Positions 27,764 to 36,101 of a DNA stretch of 64,000 nucleotides are shown here, piece after piece. Position 1 is the first letter of the stretch; every line of letters starts with the position of its first letter. Source of the stretch: Candidatus Woesearchaeota archaeon (GTDB lineage: Archaea > Nanobdellota > Nanobdellia > Woesearchaeales > JACQSR01); the NCBI GenBank assembly GCA_016211215.1, contig JACQSR010000033.1:4766-68765 (forward strand). Direction: 5' to 3'. The notes beneath the pieces were generated by a model, which saw only the letters and a list, made by a program, of their open reading frames with translations, did not search any database and had not been told where the DNA came from. The position numbers were made by a program, and so were the translations under genes.

Positions 27764-28357
27764 ATGTTCAGCACCCTCAGGACAGCCTACAAGAAAGACC
27801 CTGCATTGCGCGGGATTAAGACAGCTGAAGTATTGCTCTATCCGGGCGTGCATGCAATATGGCTCCACAGGATTGCCCACCCCCTTTATAGGCTCCACAT
27901 TCCATTCATTCCGCGGCTAATGAGCCAGCTTTCGAGATTCCTTACAAAAATTGAAATTCACCCGGGAGCAAAGATTGGAAAAAGCTTCTTCATCGACCAC
28001 GGCATTGGGGTTGTTATAGGGGAATCTGCAGAAATTGGCAACAACGTCATGATGTACCACGGCGTTACTTTAGGCGGCCACGGATGGTGGGCTGATGAAA
28101 AGGGCTCAAAGAGGCACCCTACGATTGAAGATGATGTTACGCTGGGGATAGGCTGCTCCGTTCTCGGCCCTGTAACTGTCGGCAAAAACTCAAAAATTGG
28201 GGCGCACGCCCTCGTGATTAACGATGTCCCCCCTGATTCGATAATTGTCTCCGAGCTCGCATACAAGATAGTATCTCTTGGCAGGGATGTTTCCGGCGAA
28301 GATATAAGAAAGATTAAAATACCGCCGAAGGAATGGTTTGACGAAAAATGGCAATAA
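27764..28357 (+). CDS. cysE: serine O-acetyltransferase
   Basis: DPALRG..EVLLYPGVHAIWLHRIAH N-domain and hexapeptide repeats IDHGIGVVIGESAEIGNNV..GVTLGG. Confidence 0.85.
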   Translation: MFSTLRTAYKKDPALRGIKTAEVLLYPGVHAIWLHRIAHPLYRLHIPFIPRLMSQLSRFLTKIEIHPGAKIGKSFFIDHGIGVVIGESAEIGNNVMMYHGVTLGGHGWWADEKGSKRHPTIEDDVTLGIGCSVLGPVTVGKNSKIGAHALVINDVPPDSIIVSELAYKIVSLGRDVSGEDIRKIKIPPKEWFDEKWQ

Positions 28358-29697
28358 AAGTCTACAATACCCTGACAAGGAAAAAAGAGGCATTCAAGCC
28401 CATAAACCTAGGCAGGATAGGGTGGTACAACTGCGGTCCTACAGTTTACAACTACATCCACATAGGGAATGCCAGAAATGTTGTGTGCTTTGACATTATC
28501 CGCAGGTATTTTGAATACAGCGGTTATGAAGTAAAGTTTGCCCAGAACTACACAGATATAGATGACAAGATGATTAACAGGGCAAGGGAGCTTGGGATTT
28601 CCGTTCCAGAGCTTGCAGATAAATTCATCAGGCAGTACGAAAAAGATGCGGCAATGCTTAATGTCAGGCTTCCAACTGTAAGCCCAAGAGCCACTTACCA
28701 CATAAAGCAGATAATCGGGCAGATAAAGAAAATCCAGGAAAAAGGCTATGCATACGAAACAGAAGACGGAGTTTATTTTGATGTCTCAAAGTTCAGAAAG
28801 TACGGAAAGCTTTCAGGGCAGAACATTGACGAGTTGAAAAAAGGTGCGCGTGTCGACATTAACGAAAAGAAAAAAGACCCATTGGACTTTGCATTGTGGA
28901 AGAAGGAAAAGCCAAATGAGCCTTCATGGGATTCGCCATGGGGAAAAGGAAGGCCTGGCTGGCACATTGAATGCTCTGCAATGAACACAACCTATCTTGG
29001 AGACACATTTGACATTCATTCAGGCGGAAAGGACTTAATCTTTCCGCACCACGAGAACGAGATTGCGCAGGCCGAGTCTGCAACCGGAAAAAAATACGTC
29101 AAATACTGGCTCCACAATGCATTCCTCAACATAAACAGGGAAAAGATGAGCAAGAGCCTGGGAAACTTCATGACAGCCGATGAGGCATTAAAAAGGTTCG
29201 ACCCAAGGGCAATAAGGTTCTTCTTCCTTGAAACACACTACCGCTCCGAGATTGACTTTTCGGAAGAGAACATAACAACTGCAAAGCACTCTCTCGAAAG
29301 AATTGACAATTTCGTGTTTGCAAACAAGGATGCAGCTGAAAATCCAAAAGTCAGGAAAATTGTTGATAAATATAAGAAAGGATTCATTAAAGCGATGGAT
29401 GATGACTTTGAAACCCCGAATGCAGTTGCAGCGATATTCGAGATGATAAAAGAAGTCAACAAGATTGGAACAGGAAAGGAAGCTTATGATTTCTTGGTTG
29501 AAATTGATTCTGTCTTGGGCGTACTGAAAAAAGAAGAAGGAAAAATAAATGAAGATATTGAAAACCTAATCGAAGAAAGGGAAAATGCAAGAAAATCAAG
29601 GGATTTCAGGAAAGCAGATAATATAAGGGACGAATTAAAATCCAAAGGCATTATTCTTGAGGACACCGATAAGGGAGTTAGGTGGAAGAGAGTTTAG
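28348..29697 (+). CDS. cysS: cysteinyl-tRNA synthetase
   Basis: CGPTVYNYIHIGNAR (HIGH-type motif), GWHIECSAM, HHENE and KMSKSLGN. Overlaps cysE by 10 nt. Confidence 0.95.
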   Translation: MAIKVYNTLTRKKEAFKPINLGRIGWYNCGPTVYNYIHIGNARNVVCFDIIRRYFEYSGYEVKFAQNYTDIDDKMINRARELGISVPELADKFIRQYEKDAAMLNVRLPTVSPRATYHIKQIIGQIKKIQEKGYAYETEDGVYFDVSKFRKYGKLSGQNIDELKKGARVDINEKKKDPLDFALWKKEKPNEPSWDSPWGKGRPGWHIECSAMNTTYLGDTFDIHSGGKDLIFPHHENEIAQAESATGKKYVKYWLHNAFLNINREKMSKSLGNFMTADEALKRFDPRAIRFFFLETHYRSEIDFSEENITTAKHSLERIDNFVFANKDAAENPKVRKIVDKYKKGFIKAMDDDFETPNAVAAIFEMIKEVNKIGTGKEAYDFLVEIDSVLGVLKKEEGKINEDIENLIEERENARKSRDFRKADNIRDELKSKGIILEDTDKGVRWKRV

Positions 29698-29709
29698 TAT
29701 TTCCTCGCC

Positions 29710-30078
29710 TCAAAAGTTTGCAGCAACGGCCGGTACAGACCCTACTGATGACAAGTGAGGCGACCTTTCTTTTCTTACGTTCTTCTCCACAACAGCAGAA
29801 TCAACAACAGCCCAATAGTAGTCGATAAATTTGCTGACAACTGGATTCTTCAGATTAAGCTTGTACATCTTTGCCTTCCCGACAACCCTCATTTGTACAA
29901 TCAAGTTGTTCTTTCCGAACTCCTTCCAAAGCGACTTTAAAGTGGTGTATCCCACACCGGAAAATCTCGCGATGTCTTTCATGGAGTAGTCATACTCGGA
30001 ATGAACTATCAAAAAGCTCCACACCCTGTTTTTGGGGGTATTGCCTTCTTTCTCCAAAAAAAGTGATTTTTCAGTCAT
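29710..30078 (-). CDS. winged-helix DNA-binding protein (putative transcriptional regulator)
   Basis: The pattern NRVWSFLIVHSEYDYSMKDIARFSGVGYTTLKSLWKEF...MYKLN resembles an archaeal wHTH. Confidence 0.55.
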   Translation of the reverse strand: MTEKSLFLEKEGNTPKNRVWSFLIVHSEYDYSMKDIARFSGVGYTTLKSLWKEFGKNNLIVQMRVVGKAKMYKLNLKNPVVSKFIDYYWAVVDSAVVEKNVRKERSPHLSSVGSVPAVAANF

Positions 30079-30180
30079 GATGGTAGGTATATTCTTAGTG
30101 TATATAAATGTTTTTATTTTGACCCTTAAGGGACTATTTTTAGGCTAAATGGTTAAATATACCTGGCACCCCCTTCATTC

Positions 30181-30486
30181 ATGGCGCATGTTAAGAAGAG
30201 CGAATACATAAGGATTAGCAGGACTATAGTAAGGAAGCTTTTTGATAACAATTGTTTTGGGAAAGGTTCTGTGTATATCAATGTCCTTAAATCAGGAATC
30301 CCGAACGAAGATTTGGATAAGATTGAGATTGTATTGGATGCATTAATCAGACAAAATATTTGCTGCAAAAAGAAAAAAGAACACGGCTGGAAGTATTACC
30401 TCAACATGGACCGCTATGACAAAATCAGGGAGATAATAAAGGAAACCGGCAATAAATCCATCATACCCGTTTTATTGATGTTGTAA
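30181..30486 (+). CDS. hypothetical small protein
   Basis: ORF track. A TATA GGTTAAATATACC sits at 30151..30163, consistent with a leaderless ATG at 30181. No family recognised. Confidence 0.45.
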   Translation: MAHVKKSEYIRISRTIVRKLFDNNCFGKGSVYINVLKSGIPNEDLDKIEIVLDALIRQNICCKKKKEHGWKYYLNMDRYDKIREIIKETGNKSIIPVLLML

Positions 30487-30509
30487 ACAACCCGAAAAGA
30501 ATATTATGC

Positions 30510-30797
30510 CTAATCATCTCTCTGATAATCTTTCATTACATTTGGATCATAATGATGACAAGTTACACAATTAAAAGTCTCTTTGGATAAGTTTGTTTCT
30601 TGTGTGGCTCGTGGCCCTACATATTCATATCTTGTTTTAAGATCCGCATAATGCAAACTAGCGACAAAAACCGCCATTAATAATCCTTTTTTTACACCGC
30701 TAACCACATCTGCGGCAACTCTTGCTTTAAAGGAATCTTCCCCCAGTAATCTTTCGACTAATGTCTTTCTTCTTGTAGTTTCTGATAGGAGTTTCAT
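30510..30797 (-). CDS. hypothetical membrane-anchored protein with a single CxxCH motif
   Basis: Hydrophobic segment GLLMAVFVASL followed by ETFNCVTCHHY. A TATA-like AAATTAAATAAACC lies upstream. Confidence 0.45.
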   Translation of the reverse strand: MKLLSETTRRKTLVERLLGEDSFKARVAADVVSGVKKGLLMAVFVASLHYADLKTRYEYVGPRATQETNLSKETFNCVTCHHYDPNVMKDYQRDD

Positions 30798-30910
30798 TTT
30801 TTGTTCACACTTAAACAGGGTTTATTTAATTTAGCATATACGGTAGATACTAATATTTAAAGCTTTCGGTTTATTTACCACCTCTAAGGGACTATTAAAC
30901 CCTCAGGACG

Positions 30911-33331
30911 CTAAATCTCCACCGCGCACTCCACACTCTTCTTCGAATCTTTTGCCAATTGCTTGTAAGCCAGCTCTTCAACCCTTGCGGAATTGACTAT
31001 CTCTTCCCTTACGCTCTCAAATTCCTTCCCGGATATCTTGCCTTCCAAAAGCATCCTCTTTACTGGGCTTTTCAGGCTCAAATTGCTTTCTGACTTCACC
31101 CTTCTTGCAGACTCAACTGCATACAGGACAACTTCCGCAATCTTTTCGGCCTTTTCATCATTCATGCTCAAATCGGGCCATCTTGAAATGTGAATTGACT
31201 TTCTGCCCTCTTTTTCCGCAAAATAAATCTGGTATATCTCCTCAGTTATGTGCGGCATAATGGGCGCCATCAGTTTCAGGGTTGACAATAAGCCATGGTA
31301 CAGGCCGTATTGCGCGGATTCCCTTGCTTCCTTTCCCCTCCTGTCAGCATTGTAAAGCCTGTCCTTGATAATCTCAAGGTAATAATCGCAGAACTCATGC
31401 CAGAAGAAATTCTCAACATCCGCCTTTGTCCTTGAATATTCATACTTGTCAAAGCTCTCAGTGGAATTTTTTATTATTGCCGACAATCTCGACAGAAGCC
31501 ACCTGTCAACCGGCTCCAAAGCCACTTTCTTTTTCGTGTCAAAATCCTCAAGGTGCATGAAGCATAACTTTGACGCATTCCATAATTTGACGATGAATTT
31601 ATGCCCTGTAACAAGGTCCTTTTCCATGAACGGCAAATCTTCCCCCAGCTTCGAGCTTGCAGCCCAAAACCTCAATGCATCCGCAGAATATTTTTTTATC
31701 ATCTCCTGCGGCTCAACAACATTCCCAAGCGATTTTGACATTTTCTTTCCGCGTGGGTCCAAAGCATGGCCGGATATTATAACATCCTTCCACGGATTTT
31801 TTCCGTAATGCAGCCTTGATTTCACAACCGTGTTAAAGAGCCAGAACGTGATTATGTCATGCGCCTGAGGTCTCAAACTCATTGGAAACAGTTTTTTGAA
31901 TATTGGCTTGTCCCTGAATAATTCGGTTGCAATCTGCGGCGTCAGTGATGAAGTAGCCCACGTGTCCATAATGTCAGTTTCCGGCACAAACTCCGTGCAT
32001 CCGCATTTGGGGCACTTCCTGGCTTTCGGCTTTGAAGTGACAGGGTCAACCGGAAGTTCTTTTTCATCTGCAAGTATTACCTCCTCGCATTTCTTGCAAT
32101 ACCACACCGGAAAAGGCACACCAAAGAATCTCTGCCTTGAAATCAGCCAGTCCCACTGCAATCCCTTCACCCAATGGTCATACCTAACCTTCATGTGCCT
32201 TGGATGCCAGTTAAGCTCTTCTCCCCACTTGAGCATGTCTTCCCTTACATCAAGGTATTTGATGAACCACTGCTTTGACGGAATTATTTCAAGCTCTGCC
32301 TTGCACCTTTCATGCACATTAACAGCGTGTTTTATGGGCTCCTGCGAAATAAGGAGCTTACTGTCCTTCAAATCCTCAATAATCATCTTTCTTGCTGACT
32401 TTACGGAAAGCCCCTGGTATTTTCCTGCAAGTGATGTCATCTTTCCGTCCCCTGAAATTGCAACCCTTATGGGAAGATTATGCGCCTTCTGCCACTCCAT
32501 GTCAGTTTGGTCTCCAAATGTGCAGCACATCACTATTCCGGTCCCTTTTTCCGGGTCTGCCCTTTCATCCGGAAGTATCGGAACCTCGAGGCCAAACAGT
32601 GGAACTTCCGCCTTTTTGCCTTTGTATTCCTGATACCTTTTATCATCCGGATGGTAGAAGACAGCAACGCACGCCGGCAAAAGCTCCGGCCTTGTGGTTG
32701 CAATGACTAATTCCTTGCCATTAACCTTAAACACAATGTCGTTGAAATATGAATCAAGAATCTGGTCCTGGCATTCAACCTGCGAAACTCCCGTCTGGCA
32801 CGTTGGGCACCACATTGTCGGGGCATCCTTCCTGTATTCCCTGCCCTGTTTGTACAGTTCAATGAATGACCTTTGGCTTATCCTCTGGCAGTGCTCGTTT
32901 ATGGTTGTATAAAATATTGACCAGTCACAGCTCATCCCTATCCTCTTCCAGTCTTCCACGTACTTGGGCCTGAATTCGTTTTCAAGCGTCTCAAGGCATA
33001 GTTTTACAAACTCTTCCCTTGGCATGTCCCTTGCCCTCACCTTCTTTGTCTGCTCCACAAGCCTCTCAGTCGCAAGCCCGTTGTCATCTGTTCCGAACGG
33101 ACAGAATACATTCTTGCCCCTCATCCTTTGGTATCTTACCACAAAATCCTGCTGTGAAAAAGAAAACGCATGGCCTATGTGCATCTTTCCAGACACTGTT
33201 GGGGGTGGTGTGTCAACGGAATAAACCTCTGCCTTGCTTTCGGCATCAAACCTGAATATCCCTTCCTCCTCCCAGTACTTCTGCCATTTTGGCTCCGATA
33301 GGGCAGCGCTATAGTCTTTTGGAATGTCCAT
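30911..33331 (-). CDS. valS: valyl-tRNA synthetase
   Basis: PPPTVSGKMHIGHAFS (HIGH region), the editing-domain TTRPE block, and KMSKSLGN. Start trimmed to MDIPKDY at 33331, about 25-30 nt from the shared TATA. Confidence 0.85.
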   Translation of the reverse strand: MDIPKDYSAALSEPKWQKYWEEEGIFRFDAESKAEVYSVDTPPPTVSGKMHIGHAFSFSQQDFVVRYQRMRGKNVFCPFGTDDNGLATERLVEQTKKVRARDMPREEFVKLCLETLENEFRPKYVEDWKRIGMSCDWSIFYTTINEHCQRISQRSFIELYKQGREYRKDAPTMWCPTCQTGVSQVECQDQILDSYFNDIVFKVNGKELVIATTRPELLPACVAVFYHPDDKRYQEYKGKKAEVPLFGLEVPILPDERADPEKGTGIVMCCTFGDQTDMEWQKAHNLPIRVAISGDGKMTSLAGKYQGLSVKSARKMIIEDLKDSKLLISQEPIKHAVNVHERCKAELEIIPSKQWFIKYLDVREDMLKWGEELNWHPRHMKVRYDHWVKGLQWDWLISRQRFFGVPFPVWYCKKCEEVILADEKELPVDPVTSKPKARKCPKCGCTEFVPETDIMDTWATSSLTPQIATELFRDKPIFKKLFPMSLRPQAHDIITFWLFNTVVKSRLHYGKNPWKDVIISGHALDPRGKKMSKSLGNVVEPQEMIKKYSADALRFWAASSKLGEDLPFMEKDLVTGHKFIVKLWNASKLCFMHLEDFDTKKKVALEPVDRWLLSRLSAIIKNSTESFDKYEYSRTKADVENFFWHEFCDYYLEIIKDRLYNADRRGKEARESAQYGLYHGLLSTLKLMAPIMPHITEEIYQIYFAEKEGRKSIHISRWPDLSMNDEKAEKIAEVVLYAVESARRVKSESNLSLKSPVKRMLLEGKISGKEFESVREEIVNSARVEELAYKQLAKDSKKSVECAVEI

Positions 33332-33353
33332 TTTGCCCTGAGACCTATTTTTG

Positions 33354-33361
33354 TTTTTAAA
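33354..33361. promoter_or_regulatory. shared near-palindromic TATA element (GTTTTTAAATG) between divergent valS and rfc
   Basis: The core lies 23-30 nt from the valS ATG (33331, minus strand) and 30 nt from the ATG at 33391 (plus strand). Confidence 0.5.
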
Positions 33362-33390
33362 TGTTGATATTGTTGAACCAAACATTAATA

Positions 33391-34614
33391 ATGTATGATG
33401 CATCACAACACCCCATGAGCCTATGGACAGAAAAATACAAGCCTAAGACTGGAAAGGATATCATAGGGCAGGAAGATGCTGTCAATGCCGTTAAAAGATT
33501 TCTCGCGAACTTTAGGACTGGAAAAAAGGCAGCAATTCTTGTCGGTCCAACTGGCGTTGGAAAGACCTGCATACCTTATGCCATAGCATCAGACATGCAG
33601 TGGGAAATTTTAGAGGCAAACGCATCTGACTTCCGCGGCAAGGAGGAAGTTAACAGCACAATCGGCTCTGCATTGTTCCAGCGCTCATTGTTCTCTTCGG
33701 GAAAGATAATCCTTGTCGATGAGATTGACGCACTTTCCTCCAAAGACCGGGGCGGCCTTCAGGCACTTCAGAAGCTAATTGAGACAGCCCCATATCCGAT
33801 TGTCCTAACTGCCTCGGACCTCTCGGACTTCAAGTTCAACAGCCTGAAAAGAATCTCTGAAGTAATCGAGCTTGGGAAAATTCCAACCGAAAAGATTGCA
33901 GAGCACCTTATGGCAATCTGCAGCGAAGAGGGTATAAATTCCTCCCTTGAGGTTATGAAAAGCATTGCAAGGCGCTCAGGCAACGACATAAGGGGTGCAA
34001 TTAACGATGTTCAGAGCCTCGCAGGCAATCGGGAAGTCACGAGAGAAGATGTAGACCTTCTTTCGGAGCGCGAACGCACTGAAACCCTTGTAAACGCCCT
34101 CACAAGGATATTCAAGACAACTGATGTGCACATAGCCATGGCATCCCTGGACTATGTAAGCGAAGATGTAAACGAATACTTCCTGTGGATAGATGAGAAC
34201 CTTCCAAAGGAGTACGAAAGGCCAGAAGACATCTCAAATGCATACTCCTGCATATCCAAGGCAGACGTGTTCAACAGAAGGATAATATCGCGCCAGTACT
34301 TCAGGTTCCTTGTTTACATTAATGCCCTGCTTAGCGGGGGTGTTGCATTGTCCAAGGGTTCAAAGTACAAAGGCGTTGCCAAGTTTTCGCCGCCCGGACG
34401 TCTGCTTAAGGTCTATTGGGCAAAACAGAAGTCTGCAAAAAAGAAGTCCATTGCCGGGAAAATCCCAATTCCTACATCAGTCAGGAGCTTCATAAAAGAG
34501 GAATTTCCCTTCATCAGCCATATTTTTCGCCACAACAAAGGCATGGCAGCTGCCATGGCATCCGAGTTCAGGCTTGAGGAGGAAGACATACTGTTTCTAA
34601 AGAGAGACCACTGA
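33391..34614 (+). CDS. rfcL: replication factor C large subunit-like AAA+ clamp loader
   Basis: WTEKYKPKTGKDIIGQ RFC box, Walker A GPTGVGKT and Walker B VDEID. Start is either 33391 (leaderless spacing) or 33415. Confidence 0.8.
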   Translation: MYDASQHPMSLWTEKYKPKTGKDIIGQEDAVNAVKRFLANFRTGKKAAILVGPTGVGKTCIPYAIASDMQWEILEANASDFRGKEEVNSTIGSALFQRSLFSSGKIILVDEIDALSSKDRGGLQALQKLIETAPYPIVLTASDLSDFKFNSLKRISEVIELGKIPTEKIAEHLMAICSEEGINSSLEVMKSIARRSGNDIRGAINDVQSLAGNREVTREDVDLLSERERTETLVNALTRIFKTTDVHIAMASLDYVSEDVNEYFLWIDENLPKEYERPEDISNAYSCISKADVFNRRIISRQYFRFLVYINALLSGGVALSKGSKYKGVAKFSPPGRLLKVYWAKQKSAKKKSIAGKIPIPTSVRSFIKEEFPFISHIFRHNKGMAAAMASEFRLEEEDILFLKRDH

Positions 34615-34695
34615 AAAATGGTTATAGATAGGTATATACCTATTATATGCAATATGCAATAAGTATATATTTAATGGAAACATTATACTCTATTC

Positions 34696-34930
34696 GGGGG
34701 GTGAGGCACTGTAGGCTTTGAGGTGCTTTACCAATCACTTGGCGATGCAGAAATCGTTAAGCGAACTTGGTGACGATGAAATCACTGAGCGAAAATCTGC
34801 CATAGTAAGTGGTTGTAGAAAAAGTGCAGTGTTGGATGACAACATACGCAGCAATACCACGAAACGGGGATGGTAAAGCATAAATTGCCAACGAGGTGAT
34901 GAAAAGAGCCTGCAGGAAACCCCCTTCTTT
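34696..34930 (+). ncRNA. candidate structured K-turn-containing ncRNA; architecture resembles a minimal RNase P RNA, identity unresolved
   Basis: A TATA AAGTATATATTTAA (34661..34674) sits about 25 nt upstream of the G-run start. The 5' and 3' ends pair: GGGGG/CCCCC, then CUGUAGGC (34709..34716) with GCCUGCAG (34908..34915), then UGCUUUACC (34724..34732) with GGUAAAGCA (34872..34880). The unit ends in TTCTTTTGTT. No credible ORF is present. Confidence 0.55.
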
Positions 34931-34972
34931 TGTTGAGCAACATATAAATACCTCTGGGTTCCTGGAACCTGT

Positions 34973-35467
34973 ATGACATCAGGACTGTTTATCGGCAGGT
35001 TCCAGCCTTTTCACAACGGCCACCTTCTTGACATAAAGGAAGCGCTAAAGGAGGTTGACGAACTGATAATAGCCATTGGCTCTTCCCAGCACAGAAACAC
35101 CAAGGATAATCCTATGTCTTTTGAGGAGCGCGCCGAAATGATTGAGGATGTTCTGCTTTCAAACAACATAAAGAATTTCACAATCTTTCCTGTTCCCGAC
35201 TACCAAAACGACAGTAAATGGCTTAAGCACATTGAAACTTTGCTCCCCAAGTTTGACATCGTTTATACCGGCAACGACCGCGTCATCGGCATCTTCAAAA
35301 AGCACAAAAGATACAAAGTAAAAAAAGTAAAACTTCTGAAAGGGGTTTCAAGCACCATTATCCGGGATTTGATTAAAAAAGGGAAAGTCTGGAAACAACT
35401 TGTTCCGAAAGAAGTTGCTGGTTTTCTTGAGAAAAACAGAATCGTTGAAAGGATAAGGAAGCTTTGA
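34973..35467 (+). CDS. nadM: nicotinamide-nucleotide adenylyltransferase (archaeal type)
   Basis: GLFIGRFQPFHNGH nucleotidyltransferase motif and SSTIIRD. A TATA ATATAAATA lies about 25 nt upstream. Confidence 0.9.
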   Translation: MTSGLFIGRFQPFHNGHLLDIKEALKEVDELIIAIGSSQHRNTKDNPMSFEERAEMIEDVLLSNNIKNFTIFPVPDYQNDSKWLKHIETLLPKFDIVYTGNDRVIGIFKKHKRYKVKKVKLLKGVSSTIIRDLIKKGKVWKQLVPKEVAGFLEKNRIVERIRKL

Positions 35468-35753
35468 TGTTTTCCCCGGAATGCGTTTAAGTCTGCCCGA
35501 TATGCGTTGTTAAACAATTTGTTTTGATTGATAGTTGTTTTCCAAAATATTACCGGGACACACAATTCCATTTAGTAGAAAGGGGACGACGCATTTTTGA
35601 CACAATATATTTATACTAAACCGTACTTTAGATTAGTAAATGAAACAAAGTAAAAGTAAATTTATAAATAAGTTTGTAATCTTTTGGCAAAAACAAAACG
35701 AAACATTTAAATAGTACCTTATTTACTTGATAGTAATAACACTTCGAAGAGAT

Positions 35754-36101
35754 ATGAAAATGAAACGACCTAAATTATATTTTGATTGCAGAGTAGAACC
35801 TGGAAAAAGACGGGGGTTACGTACTGAAAACAGAACTGTAGATGCTATAATAACAGATGCATATTTTGGAAAATACCCTCAACCCGGACCATTTAGTATA
35901 GATGCACCTGTAGGATTAAATATAGATGTGAAATGCAATGGTGCGACTTATGGTCAAACGTTCACTGATATGGGAGATATTAGCGGAATCATGAATGATT
36001 ATGGGATTAATCTACCGGGTCAACTTAAAAACAAACCATGCACTGCTGTTTTTCCAGAAGATAGTGTAAGAATGATTGGTTTATATACAAAACCAAAATA
36101 A
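35754..36101 (+). CDS. hypothetical protein (orphan) in an AT-rich island
   Basis: ORF track, with the start moved to the ATG at 35754 downstream of the TATA CATTTAAATAG (35704..35714). No family recognised. Confidence 0.4.
   Translation: MKMKRPKLYFDCRVEPGKRRGLRTENRTVDAIITDAYFGKYPQPGPFSIDAPVGLNIDVKCNGATYGQTFTDMGDISGIMNDYGINLPGQLKNKPCTAVFPEDSVRMIGLYTKPK

Noticed and set aside
30127-30896. The exact 12-nt direct repeat TAAGGGACTATT (30127..30138 and 30885..30896) flanks the two-gene block 30181..30797. It looked like att-type repeats of an inserted cassette.
   Set aside because: In 64 kb, roughly 100 exact 12-mer repeat pairs are expected by chance. The shared core (GGACTATT + A/T) also matches the promoter consensus seen upstream of many genes here (ACTATTTAAA). 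This is not enough evidence for an insertion.
34696-34930. Alternative identities for the structured RNA: SRP (7S) RNA, or a canonical C/D or H/ACA guide RNA.
   Set aside because: I could not find the helix-8 GGAA/AGCA-type SRP motifs or an Alu-domain 5' end. The C-box-like GUGAUGA lies near the 3' end and no terminal D box CUGA pairs with it in the C/D order. No ACA box follows a pocket-forming hairpin. None can be excluded without covariance-model searches.
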